Of a stretch of DNA of 35,885 bases, positions 13,109-22,729 are shown one piece after another (the first letter of the stretch is position 1; each line of letters opens with the position of its first letter). The notes under the pieces were generated by a model. It had not been told where the DNA came from. It ran no database searches and saw nothing but the letters and a program-made list of their open reading frames with translations. Source of the DNA: a virus (taxonomy: Duplodnaviria > Caudoviricetes). The position numbers and the translations under genes were made by a program. Location of the stretch: the IMG/VR virus record IMGVR_UViG_3300043414_001406, positions 1-35,885 of that record. One strand, written 5' to 3'.

Positions 13109-13372
13109 CTAAAGTTCTTTGGGGTCGATTTTGATGCTGGTTATGTTTTCGTCTTTGGTGATGTCTACGATTACGTTATAGAAGCTGGCATCGGTGAGTT
13201 CGATGATATCTTTGATCATTGAGTATTGTTCTGGTGTGAACGCGGTCATGATGATCATTCCATCTTCGTCAGTGTGGAGTGTAAAAATTTTTTGTTCGTT
13301 TGGGAATGAGACGATCCCATCTATACTGTTTCTGTTTTGAAAGTAGTTGATGATTCGTCGCAAATAGTCCAT
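13109..13372 (-). CDS. Hypothetical protein
   Basis: 87-aa ORF with AAGG RBS. Confidence 0.7.
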   Translation of the reverse strand: MDYLRRIINYFQNRNSIDGIVSFPNEQKIFTLHTDEDGMIIMTAFTPEQYSMIKDIIELTDASFYNVIVDITKDENITSIKIDPKEL

Positions 13373-13455
13373 TGGTTAACCTTTTTTAAGATCGTTAGTT
13401 AACCATAGTAAAGCTGTATATATTTTTATTTGAAAAAAATTGTGTCGCGGGTTAT

Positions 13456-13617
13456 TCATTCTATATCATTTTTTAAAAAATTTTCTGGGAATTCCTCCCA
13501 GTAGTCGCCACAGTCACGGCACTCAAAACACATTATGTCTTCGCCGTTCTCTTTCACAGCTTGCGTGATAATGTGTGGTGGAAAAGTTTCGCAACTAGGA
13601 CACAGATTATCTAACAT
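13456..13617 (-). CDS. Small Zn-ribbon protein, 53 aa (not in ORF track)
   Basis: MLDNLCPSCE...FECRDCGDYWEE; TAATG overlap with the recA stop. Confidence 0.7.
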   Translation of the reverse strand: MLDNLCPSCETFPPHIITQAVKENGEDIMCFECRDCGDYWEEFPENFLKNDIE

Positions 13618-14663
13618 TACTTCGCCTTAATCATTTCTATTACCTCTGGAAGATCTTTCAATTTTTGAATAGCATTATCGCGGCCTTGAGCAAAATTCTC
13701 ACCATTAAAATACACCCAAGCACCCTTCTGAGTAAACAGCCCCTTATCGATAGCAGTATCGAAAAGACAACCATACTCGTCAATACCAGTACCATAAAGA
13801 ATGTCAAATTCTACAATTTTCATTGGAGGAGCCATTTTATTCTTAATAATTTTAGCCTTCACCTTCATACCGGTCGGCTCACCAGACTTGTCCTTCAAAT
13901 CTTCCTTCTTACGAACATCTATGCGCACAGAGGAGTAAAACTTGAGAGACATACCACCAGGGGTGGTTTCTGGATTTCCGAACATGATACCGATTTTATT
14001 TCTCAGCTGATTAATGAAAATTATCAGCGTATTATGCTGAGATGCAAGACCGGTCAGCTTACGAAGAGCTTTCGCCATCATTCTCGCTTGCAATCCCATG
14101 TGTGCCTGCTCCATTTCGCCATCCAACTCGGCTTTCGGAACCAGTGCAGCCACAGAATCAATGACGATAACTCCAATTTCACCAGTACGCAGCAATCTGT
14201 CAGCAATGTCGATACCCTGTTCACCATAATCAGGTTGAGCTAGATATAAATTATCCAGATCCACACCCAAGTCTTGCATGTAGACCGGATCTAGCGAGTG
14301 CTCAGCATCGATGTAAACGCAACTTAGCCCCATCTGCTGAGCCTTAGCCACTGTTGACAGTGCAATGGTCGATTTGCCGGATGACTCTGGTCCATAGATC
14401 TCTACAACGCGACCTCGTGGTAATCCGCCAATCCCAAGAGCAGTATCTAGTGTGAGCGCACCTGTTGGAATAGACTCCCATGCTTTAATGTTTGTTGTGC
14501 CCAAACGCATCACTGCGCCTGATCCGTACTGGCGTTGTAGCTGGGCTACAGCAATCTCTAACGCCTTCGATTCGTCCTTAACGGTCTTTAGTGGCTTCTT
14601 GTTTTCGGATGGCTCAGAGGGCAAAATCTCGCCTGTTTCATAATCTATATTTTCATCTATCAC
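13617..14663 (-). CDS. recA: Recombinase RecA
   Basis: GGLPRGRVVEIYGPESSGKS (Walker A), IVIDSVAAL, FINQLR..IG.MFGNPETTPGG, KNKMAPP. Confidence 0.97.
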   Translation of the reverse strand: MIDENIDYETGEILPSEPSENKKPLKTVKDESKALEIAVAQLQRQYGSGAVMRLGTTNIKAWESIPTGALTLDTALGIGGLPRGRVVEIYGPESSGKSTIALSTVAKAQQMGLSCVYIDAEHSLDPVYMQDLGVDLDNLYLAQPDYGEQGIDIADRLLRTGEIGVIVIDSVAALVPKAELDGEMEQAHMGLQARMMAKALRKLTGLASQHNTLIIFINQLRNKIGIMFGNPETTPGGMSLKFYSSVRIDVRKKEDLKDKSGEPTGMKVKAKIIKNKMAPPMKIVEFDILYGTGIDEYGCLFDTAIDKGLFTQKGAWVYFNGENFAQGRDNAIQKLKDLPEVIEMIKAK

Positions 14664-14983
14664 TTAAATAGTTTTCCTTGGTTTGAGATTCTTTTAAACT
14701 CTTCTTTATTATCATTTACTAATTTTTTGATTTCAAGTTCAGTTTCATGGAGTTTCTTAATAACTTTTATCTCCAGATTTTTCAATTGGATCTTAGTCTG
14801 AAAATCAATACCTAATGCAGCTGATTTGATGTCTTCAAGGAGTTCTGAAAGTCTACGCGAGTAGGAGATCTTTTCGGCGTACATGCTTTTAAGCTCTGAG
14901 TTTATTTGAAAATTATTAATATCTTCCAATTTATTATAGTTTTTGTTCATTTCGAATGCGTTCTTCGATGTATTTTTTTCCAT
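14660..14983 (-). CDS. Coiled-coil hypothetical protein
   Basis: ATG at 14983 behind AAAGGA; overlaps the recA start. Confidence 0.65.
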   Translation of the reverse strand: MEKNTSKNAFEMNKNYNKLEDINNFQINSELKSMYAEKISYSRRLSELLEDIKSAALGIDFQTKIQLKNLEIKVIKKLHETELEIKKLVNDNKEEFKRISNQGKLFK

Positions 14984-15002
14984 TGAGAAAATCCTTTTAA
15001 AA

Positions 15003-15033
15003 TGGTATAATAATCTACATGTCATTATACATT
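15003..15033. promoter_or_regulatory. Facing -10 boxes between divergent genes
   Basis: TGGTATAAT on + (15003-15011) and TGTATAAT on - (15024-15031). Confidence 0.5.
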
Positions 15034-15044
15034 AAGGAGTTTTT

Positions 15045-15203
15045 ATGGGCAAGTCGAAAAAGGAGAATGACGAGTTAAATCTGGCAATCTACCTTCTTAA
15101 AACAAGATTCAATTGTCCAGGTGATCTTGTCAAGTACTGGGCGTTCTCAGGCCCATGCCTAGAGGCACATCCTAGCATAGAAGATTATTCTAGAAAAGGT
15201 TGA
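15045..15203 (+). CDS. Small hypothetical protein, 52 aa (not in ORF track)
   Basis: AAGGAG RBS then MGKSKKENDELNLAIYLLK... Confidence 0.65.
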   Translation: MGKSKKENDELNLAIYLLKTRFNCPGDLVKYWAFSGPCLEAHPSIEDYSRKG

Positions 15204-15355
15204 TTTAACTTGATTCGATGTGATAAGCTTGTATTGCGCCCCCCTTCCCCCCTTCCCCCTTTACTATATACTTATATAGTTAATATATACTCTTATATAT
15301 ATACGTATACTAATATTATTCTATATAAGAATATAGGCAAATTTTAGGAGGCCGC

Positions 15356-16777
15356 ATGCAGATCTATCAAATTTTTATACCCGAACTACATGCGAACGTT
15401 AAATTTAAAGTTGTTGCTGCTTCCGAAGCAGAAGAGTTTCTTAGTAAGCACAAGAATAATAAAGATTTGAAACAAGATATCTTAAAATATGTTGTTTATA
15501 ATTTAAATACTGAAGTAGCTTCATCTTTAACCATGATGTCACGTTTAGCAGCTGAACGAGCGCTAGAAGCGGTATACGCTGGGTGTATAATGTTAAATCC
15601 ATCTCTTGATATTGATTATTGGTTAAATATCGCATATTCAACAGCGCCAGTAAATCCTGATCCAGTAGATGATGATTTTAACCTTGATCAGATTAAAAAT
15701 TTTATAAAGTCATCAGTTACCAAGAATGCTGTAGCTAAAAAGGCAGCTGCAAAGAACGTTGAGCCTAAAACTAAGAAACTTTCTAAAGAAAAGTTCTTAA
15801 GTTTGGAAACGTATTTAAAATCAACTATAATAGGCCAGGATGAAGCGATAGATGAACTAGTATCTGCCTTGTTTAGGTCACAGGCTGGACTTCACGACCA
15901 AACACGACCACTAGGAGTGTTTTTATTTGCTGGATCATCTGGAGTTGGTAAAACTCACTTAGCTAACACTCTGCACAAATATATTTTTGGCGAAGAAACT
16001 CACATGGTTAGAATTGATTGTGGAGAGTTTCAACACAAACATGAAAATCAAAAACTTCTAGGATCACCTCCAGGATATGTTGGACATGACGATGGAGGTC
16101 AACTCACTAATCAGATAAGAAAAAATCCTTATTCAGTTGTGCTGATAGATGAAGTAGAAAAAGCCCACCAAGATATTTGGAATACATTTTTAAGAATATT
16201 TGACGAAGGTATGGTAACAGACTCTAAAGGTGAAGTTGTAGATTTTAGAAATACAATTATTATTATGACAACAAATTTAGGTAATGATAAAATTGTAGAT
16301 AGTCTTATAGCAACAAGTGCAGGATTCACACAGAATGTGGTTTTTAATAGGTCTACTACTAAAATTCCATCACGTTCAGTGGTCGAAAAGGCTACTAATG
16401 AAGCTATCAACAAATACTTCCGTCCAGAGTTCTTAAACAGAATAGATAAGGTTGTTGTTTTTAATCATCTCACTAGAGAAAATTGCGAGAAGATAGCTGA
16501 ACTTGAAATGTCGGTTATTGCAACTAAGCTTTCTAAAAAGGGAATATCACTTCAATACAGCGAACAAGCAATTGGTGCCTTGATTGATCGCGGGATTGAT
16601 ACTATTCGTGGCGCACGAGGAATCTCCCAGGTTAGAAGAGATATTTTAGAAACGCCTATGGCAAAGTTAATTGTTAACACATATATACCTAAAGGTACTA
16701 TATTCCATATAGATTATATTAATGATGGTTTTGTTTTTGATATTACAAAACCAACAAAAAAAATAAAATCAGTATAA
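15356..16777 (+). CDS. ClpA/B/C-family AAA+ ATPase with only the D2 module
   Basis: IIGQDEAI, RPLGVFLFAGSSGVGKT, LLGSPPGYVGHDDGGQLT, VVLIDEVEKAH, FRPEFLNRID, GARGI. Confidence 0.92.
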   Translation: MQIYQIFIPELHANVKFKVVAASEAEEFLSKHKNNKDLKQDILKYVVYNLNTEVASSLTMMSRLAAERALEAVYAGCIMLNPSLDIDYWLNIAYSTAPVNPDPVDDDFNLDQIKNFIKSSVTKNAVAKKAAAKNVEPKTKKLSKEKFLSLETYLKSTIIGQDEAIDELVSALFRSQAGLHDQTRPLGVFLFAGSSGVGKTHLANTLHKYIFGEETHMVRIDCGEFQHKHENQKLLGSPPGYVGHDDGGQLTNQIRKNPYSVVLIDEVEKAHQDIWNTFLRIFDEGMVTDSKGEVVDFRNTIIIMTTNLGNDKIVDSLIATSAGFTQNVVFNRSTTKIPSRSVVEKATNEAINKYFRPEFLNRIDKVVVFNHLTRENCEKIAELEMSVIATKLSKKGISLQYSEQAIGALIDRGIDTIRGARGISQVRRDILETPMAKLIVNTYIPKGTIFHIDYINDGFVFDITKPTKKIKSV

Positions 16778-16824
16778 TTTTTATATGAATTATTAAACTT
16801 TCAATTAACTAACATGGAGCGACT

Positions 16825-17859
16825 ATGTTCGGAAATAAATATAAAGGAATGTCTGTTATAGATAGTTCCGGTATGGAAAGAGATCTTTCTAGAAGAGGTA
16901 GATTTAAAGGTTCAGCAAGAGTTGATGCACGTCGTGGCCTGGGTTCAATGGAAGGCTCAGTGGGCGCCTCTTCTGGTGGGTCAGGTGGTTTTATGTCTGG
17001 GCTTGGTAGGAGAATGTCTTCGGCTAGATCTACTGTTGGTGAAGGATTCGGTAACGCGTCTAGAAGAGCATATTTTGGTGGAACTAATATGATGAATTCT
17101 ACTGAAGAGGGAATCAGATCTGGAGCTGGAAGAGTAAGGCAAGGGTTCGGAGGGGCATTTAATATTAATATGGAAGGCTTTGGGGCCACCAGTGGAGTAG
17201 CTACCCGCAACCCGATGCAAAGAGCTATAGGTGCTGGCTCTAGCGCTAGAACTAGCGCTAGAGCGCCACTGGCTCTTGGTGCTGGTCCCAGTGTCAGCCC
17301 TAGGGCACCACTAGCTCTTAGCTCCGGTGCTTCAACGGTGGCTTCTGAAGCCGGAAAAGCTAGAAAAGGCTTCAGGGGTAGAATGAAAGGCCTATTTGAT
17401 GTTAACATGGAAGGTTTTGGGGCCACTAGCGGAGTTGCCACACGTCACCCGATGCAAAAAGCTATAGGCCCTGGTTCTAGGAATTCAGTTTTTCCCCCAC
17501 CAAATGTAGCTGGAAGACAATTTCCCCCACCAAATGCAGCTGGCAGACAATTAGCCCCACCAAATTTAGCTACTCGTAGACCTGGCCCAATTATGGCTCG
17601 CCCAAATGTAGCTACTCGTAAACCTGGTCCAATTATGACTCGCCCTAATTTAGCTACTAAGGTAGAAATGGCTCCTCCTAAAGCGCTTAATGCCGCTATC
17701 GAAGGTGACAAGGGTAAAAATCTTGGAAAACTTATGGAACACATGAAGGGTAATCCAAAAGCCTACGCAATTGGAGCAGGAGTAGTAGGCTTAGGGGCTC
17801 TGCTTCATGGTAGGGAAAAAAGAGGAACTTCTTCAGGTGCACAAGGAATGTATAGATAA
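16825..17859 (+). CDS. Gly/Arg/Pro-rich repeat protein with a C-terminal hydrophobic helix (putative virion protein)
   Basis: Duplicated NMEGFGATSGVATRxPMQxAIG block, PPN/RPN repeats, AYAIGAGVVGLGALL. Confidence 0.7.
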   Translation: MFGNKYKGMSVIDSSGMERDLSRRGRFKGSARVDARRGLGSMEGSVGASSGGSGGFMSGLGRRMSSARSTVGEGFGNASRRAYFGGTNMMNSTEEGIRSGAGRVRQGFGGAFNINMEGFGATSGVATRNPMQRAIGAGSSARTSARAPLALGAGPSVSPRAPLALSSGASTVASEAGKARKGFRGRMKGLFDVNMEGFGATSGVATRHPMQKAIGPGSRNSVFPPPNVAGRQFPPPNAAGRQLAPPNLATRRPGPIMARPNVATRKPGPIMTRPNLATKVEMAPPKALNAAIEGDKGKNLGKLMEHMKGNPKAYAIGAGVVGLGALLHGREKRGTSSGAQGMYR

Positions 17860-17876
17860 TAGATAGGTGTAATGTT

Positions 17877-18296
17877 ATGAATGATTGGAAAAAATTTACA
17901 GATGTTAATGGTGATTTTCAGTTAGCAAATTTTCTTTATAAAAGTATCAGTGATTTAATGAAACATTCTTTAGATATGGGAACATTACTTTCTACTGATC
18001 AAGCTAAACTTAGGGCATATAAAGAGCAAACTAAAAAACTTTTTAAAACTAAATGGTTTGAAGTAGCTCAAGCTTTAGAATTTTTTGATATTATTGAAAG
18101 ATGTGTTTGTTATTCTGAAACTCAAGAAAAGTATTGTGATATTTGTAAGGGTTCTAGATTTAAGTTAACTTCATATTTAACTTCTGATGAAGTTCATGAG
18201 ATTGGCGTTTTTTATAATGCTGTCCAAAACGCTGATGTTGCAGAAAAGATTCAGAAACAACTTATGCGGGCATTGGATGAGTTGTCCGAGGTGTGA
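17877..18296 (+). CDS. Hypothetical protein with CxC...CxxC
   Basis: CVC...CDICKG. Confidence 0.8.
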   Translation: MNDWKKFTDVNGDFQLANFLYKSISDLMKHSLDMGTLLSTDQAKLRAYKEQTKKLFKTKWFEVAQALEFFDIIERCVCYSETQEKYCDICKGSRFKLTSYLTSDEVHEIGVFYNAVQNADVAEKIQKQLMRALDELSEV

Positions 18297-18447
18297 TGCA
18301 ACTACGCAAATAGTTAGTGAATATTATAATTTTAACGAAAAAAGTTTTGTTAGAGATACTATTTGTGTTAATTGCAATAGTGCTACTGTGGAAAAATTTT
18401 ATGAAGATAGCACCTATAGATCTGAATGGATTGATTTAAATGTCTGA
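18277..18447 (+). CDS. Small Zn-ribbon protein
   Basis: MSCPRC...CVNC; start moved to the internal ATG at 18277. Confidence 0.6.
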   Translation: MSCPRCDATTQIVSEYYNFNEKSFVRDTICVNCNSATVEKFYEDSTYRSEWIDLNV

Positions 18448-19138
18448 TATTGAAAAAGTAGATAAAACTAAGTTCTTGAAAGAGTTTGAGTCTTTGCGTC
18501 CAGATTTATTCTTTCCAGATACATGGTCTGATGAGGATAAGCAAAAAGCTGTAGATCTTGTGAGACCTCAGAAAACTAGAACTTCAATGTTTTCTTCGAT
18601 TCCTATGAATTGCGAAGCTGTCAAGTGTATCTTTGCCAGTACTTGTCCTTTGATTAAAGAAAATCTTGCACCAAAAGGTAATCCTTGCCCTATCGAAATG
18701 TCCATCGTTGCACAGTTCACTTCTGAATATATGGAGCAACTCGATGTTCTTCCAGAGAATCTTGTAGAAGTTTCTATGGTTAGAGATCTTGTCGATCAAG
18801 AAGTTCAATATATTAGAAAAACTAAACTCTTAGCAAAAGAACATTTTATTCAAGAAAACATTATTGGCGTTGACAATGACGGTAATCCGATATTGAAGAA
18901 AGAACTCCACCTTGCTGTTGAGCTGGAAGATCGTCTTCATAAACGTAGAAAAGATCTACGCAACCAACTTCTAGCCACTCGTGAAGCTAAAGCTAAGATT
19001 GGTCAGACGCAACTAGATACAGCTCAGGCTATTTCTGAAATTATCAATAAAGTTCAGAATATTGAAATTCAAAGAGAAAAACTTTTGAAGCAAAAACTTG
19101 GCACTTATGATAAAGATGAATACATTGAAGTAGAATGA
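18440..19138 (+). CDS. Cys-cluster and coiled-coil protein (possible terminase small subunit)
   Basis: C-x4-C-x4-C...CPIE followed by a long coiled coil; the function is guessed from context only. Confidence 0.5.
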   Translation: MSDIEKVDKTKFLKEFESLRPDLFFPDTWSDEDKQKAVDLVRPQKTRTSMFSSIPMNCEAVKCIFASTCPLIKENLAPKGNPCPIEMSIVAQFTSEYMEQLDVLPENLVEVSMVRDLVDQEVQYIRKTKLLAKEHFIQENIIGVDNDGNPILKKELHLAVELEDRLHKRRKDLRNQLLATREAKAKIGQTQLDTAQAISEIINKVQNIEIQREKLLKQKLGTYDKDEYIEVE

Positions 19139-19141
19139 TAG

Positions 19142-22100
19142 ATGAGAGTCAATCGGGGTCAATCTAACCGAGAGTCAATGTTACGCTCTTTTGAAGGTAT
19201 AGCTAGAGTTGTTTCTTCTGATCCTAATCAGGTCGCAACTACAGGTTCATTTTTTCAGCAAGCTCCGATGGGAAAACTTTCTGATTATGAAGAAGTTTTT
19301 GGTACGGCTGATGAATTTCTTGAAAGGTATAAACTTTTCCAGGAAGAGTATCACGCAGCACTAGATGTCCGCTTAGATCACTTCAAGACAAATAGAATTG
19401 TTGCAGAAATGACAAAGAAGCGTCAAAAAATAGACTTGGGGTTTTTAGCACAAGATGCGTCTAGTGATTTGACAATGTACTTTAAAGATAAAGTGATGAG
19501 ATATAATAGTCTATTTAATAGGCAGGGACTTCCAGGTGTAGAGTTACCTAGCTCTAACTTGTATAGATCTTCTCATCTTTTCGAAGTTGATAATAGTCAG
19601 GGTATTGTTCATCCAGCGCAAATTGTTTTAAACGACGGAAGTTTCAACTTTAATCCAGAAAAAAAGGGATTAGAAAGTGTATCTACTGGTACATCAATGC
19701 CAAGCTTTGAAGCAATACAAAGAATGTGGGATAATTATTCTTCAGTTCCAGCAAATACTGCCAATAGGCTGATTAAGCAGATAGATCCATTTAAAGATGT
19801 TTTAGAGGGGCAGAAGATGTTGACAGTTGACGTTGAAACAACTGGACTTTTTAATAATGCTCAGGTGAGATCTTTTGCTGCCGCAGAAATGCGGGTAGAA
19901 AATGGTGTCCTCTCTGCTCCAGAAACAATACTAAATGCGGGCTTTAGATCTGAACAGCTTAATGGAATTAACGTTCCTGCACTAAATGGTGCAACTCAAG
20001 ATTTGAATTCATTCATAATGCAGATGGAGAACTCTGCTGGAAGAACTGTTTCAGATATGGGTACTGGTGGAGAAAAGTTTTTAGAAGAGTTCAATAAGCT
20101 AGCTGAAAGAATGCTGAGTGCTGATCGGGTGGCTGGTCACAATATTGGTTTCGACTTAGATATGCTAGCCCGTACAGCAATGGCTCAGAATGGGTTTAGT
20201 ACTTATAAAACTGGGGGGTTCACTGCTGCAGAAAGATTAGCGCAGATAGATGATAAAATTGCTGGCGGAAACTACCTTGTTGATACTTTACATTCGACTA
20301 GAATCTTTTTAAGGGATCAAGCACAGCAGGCTGTTGAAAAATCAGTTCCGTTAGATAAAAGATCTGCAGAGTTTGTTAAAAAACTTCTTCCGAGTGAGGT
20401 ATCTACAAATATTAGACTTGGCGGGTCTGCAAAGTTTGCTGGTGTTGGCGAATTTGTAATGAATACTAATTTTTTTGAATTATTAGAAAACGATAACCCC
20501 CAGCATGCAGAGAGAATATTTGAGTTAATAACTCAAGGATCACACATAGCCGAAACAGATATTCATCTTCAATCCTATATTGGAAAGTTTCTTCATGAAA
20601 AGGCGGAAACTGGTCAACTTAAAATTAAAGCGCTTGCCGAAAAGGAAGGTCAAGTTTTTTCTGAATTTGGCGAGTATGCAAGAATGAGGATTTTAAAATC
20701 TCAAGCTATTACTCCAACTACAAATATTGCTAGTGTCAAACATATGAGTCAGACGACTTTTGATTACCTTCAAAGAGATGAAGGATTAAAAAATATTTCA
20801 ATGCGAGTAGATATCAGCACTGCAAGATCTCAGCTTGGTATTACAAATACAGCAGAGGAAATGATTGGAACAGAGCGAGCTAGAACAATTTTGGCTATGA
20901 ATCCAAGAGCAGATTTACAACGGGAAATGGGAACTTTGTCTCGTGTCGATGGCAAATTTGCTTTTGTGACAGCTGAAGGGGCATATGAGGTTCAGAATCA
21001 GGATTCGGCAAAATCGTTTATTCGTACTAAGTTAAACGAAGCTAAATCTCTAGACACTAATGATTCTTTGAGAGTTGCAGGTAAGTCTCTTAATCTTACG
21101 AGGAATATTGCCGACGATGCATTCTTAGATTTTGGAATGAACTTTTTAACTCAATCTCAAAGCGAAGATTTAATTAATATTGGAAGTATTAATGTTTCAG
21201 GAAATCCTGGAATATCTGAAATAAATACTGCCCTAGGTAATACTTATGAAAGGTTTGGAACAGGTTTTTCAATAAATGATCAAATTAGAACTATTTTTAG
21301 AGCCAATACTCCCACTAGTCCTTACTCTAGGGGCTTTAAAGGCTACACTCCTGTTGAGTTTGCTCAAGTTGGAAAATCAATGGCACAGGATTTTGCCAGT
21401 ATTGGTGATCCTTATGCAAGATTTATAGATCCAAGATCTAGGATTGTTTCTTCACTTCTGGCAGAAAGCACTGCAGGTATAGCCGAAGGGGCTGGCATGG
21501 CAGCGATGGAAGTTAATAAAGCAGCACTAGCAGCAGGGGATCCAGCAAAGATCGGTCTTGATAAAATATCCCATTTAAGTATGTCAAGGCCTTTGTCTGA
21601 ACTTGGAGTTTCCCATTTCAGATCACAAGACGCCCTAAGAGTATTTGATATCGGTTCTGTGGACAAAGTCGCATCTTCTAGAATATTAGTTCAGCCAGAA
21701 ATAATTAAAGATATTTTGGCTAGGAAGTCGACTCAAGCTGGATCTAGTTTAGCTGGACTTCAAATGAGAGTTGGATTATCCAGGGCAAACATGGGTGAAC
21801 AGGGAATAAGAATTAATGCCGTATGGAACATTGGGGAAGAGGCAGGAGATAATGCTGCTAGAGAAATGGCAGAATCATTATTTGATGTTTTTACAAGTGG
21901 TGAAGATAACGTTGCCAAAATATTGAATGTTGGTAGAGATGAATTGGGGTCAGATGTTATTCGGGAACTTTCTCAGGCGCAGATGCTTAATCAAACTGAA
22001 AGAGCCACAACTATAGATAATCTAACTACCTTTATTAAGGAACGCGGGATTGGTGTTGGCTATATTGATAAAAAAGATGCAGTTATGGCTGATAAGGCTT

Positions 22101-22726
22101 TGAATGATGTTTTTGTAACTTTAGATAATGATGTGCTCTCGGATGCTAGAATGTACGAAGAAACAATTGATTATTCAAGTGATCTCAAGTATGGTGAGAG
22201 GGTTTTAGCTTTTGGTCCAGTACATAACCCTAAAGCCATTGAGTCGGCTGGACTTAGTGCAGAATTTGAGGCGGCGCGAAGGATAAATCCAGGAGAAACT
22301 GTATCTCCGTTAATCACGGCACAGAAGAGAGTGGCTTCTGTGATTGATTCAGAAGGTGCGGGCAATAGCATTATTCGTCGGATTTCTAGTAAGAAATCTG
22401 GTTTGGCAGAAGGTGCCGGTAGAGCATTCTATAATGCAAATAAGACTAAGATCGGTTTTGCTGCGTTAGGTGCGGCAGCTGTTGGCGCTAGTTACTATCT
22501 ATATAAGAAACATAAAGAGACTGCTTTATACGAGGAGACTTTAGCTCAACAGCCAACTGAACGTGGCACTGGTATGGATAGAACTATGCAAGCTCCACTA
22601 GCTTCTAGGAAGCCAAATTTCTCTGATCCATTAGCAACAGCTGGTGTAGTAGGTAATCTTGATAGATTGAAAATTGGTCATACTCAAATGGGAAATAACA
22701 AAAATAATCATTTATTTGGGATGTAA
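19142..22726 (+). CDS. Large protein with a DEDDh (DnaQ-like) 3'-5' exonuclease domain and C-terminal hydrophobic helix
   Basis: LTVDVETTGL (ExoI), VAGHNIGFDL (ExoII), SHIAETD (ExoIII); IGFAALGAAAVGASYYLY. Confidence 0.8.
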   Translation: MRVNRGQSNRESMLRSFEGIARVVSSDPNQVATTGSFFQQAPMGKLSDYEEVFGTADEFLERYKLFQEEYHAALDVRLDHFKTNRIVAEMTKKRQKIDLGFLAQDASSDLTMYFKDKVMRYNSLFNRQGLPGVELPSSNLYRSSHLFEVDNSQGIVHPAQIVLNDGSFNFNPEKKGLESVSTGTSMPSFEAIQRMWDNYSSVPANTANRLIKQIDPFKDVLEGQKMLTVDVETTGLFNNAQVRSFAAAEMRVENGVLSAPETILNAGFRSEQLNGINVPALNGATQDLNSFIMQMENSAGRTVSDMGTGGEKFLEEFNKLAERMLSADRVAGHNIGFDLDMLARTAMAQNGFSTYKTGGFTAAERLAQIDDKIAGGNYLVDTLHSTRIFLRDQAQQAVEKSVPLDKRSAEFVKKLLPSEVSTNIRLGGSAKFAGVGEFVMNTNFFELLENDNPQHAERIFELITQGSHIAETDIHLQSYIGKFLHEKAETGQLKIKALAEKEGQVFSEFGEYARMRILKSQAITPTTNIASVKHMSQTTFDYLQRDEGLKNISMRVDISTARSQLGITNTAEEMIGTERARTILAMNPRADLQREMGTLSRVDGKFAFVTAEGAYEVQNQDSAKSFIRTKLNEAKSLDTNDSLRVAGKSLNLTRNIADDAFLDFGMNFLTQSQSEDLINIGSINVSGNPGISEINTALGNTYERFGTGFSINDQIRTIFRANTPTSPYSRGFKGYTPVEFAQVGKSMAQDFASIGDPYARFIDPRSRIVSSLLAESTAGIAEGAGMAAMEVNKAALAAGDPAKIGLDKISHLSMSRPLSELGVSHFRSQDALRVFDIGSVDKVASSRILVQPEIIKDILARKSTQAGSSLAGLQMRVGLSRANMGEQGIRINAVWNIGEEAGDNAAREMAESLFDVFTSGEDNVAKILNVGRDELGSDVIRELSQAQMLNQTERATTIDNLTTFIKERGIGVGYIDKKDAVMADKALNDVFVTLDNDVLSDARMYEETIDYSSDLKYGERVLAFGPVHNPKAIESAGLSAEFEAARRINPGETVSPLITAQKRVASVIDSEGAGNSIIRRISSKKSGLAEGAGRAFYNANKTKIGFAALGAAAVGASYYLYKKHKETALYEETLAQQPTERGTGMDRTMQAPLASRKPNFSDPLATAGVVGNLDRLKIGHTQMGNNKNNHLFGM

Positions 22727-22729
22727 ATT

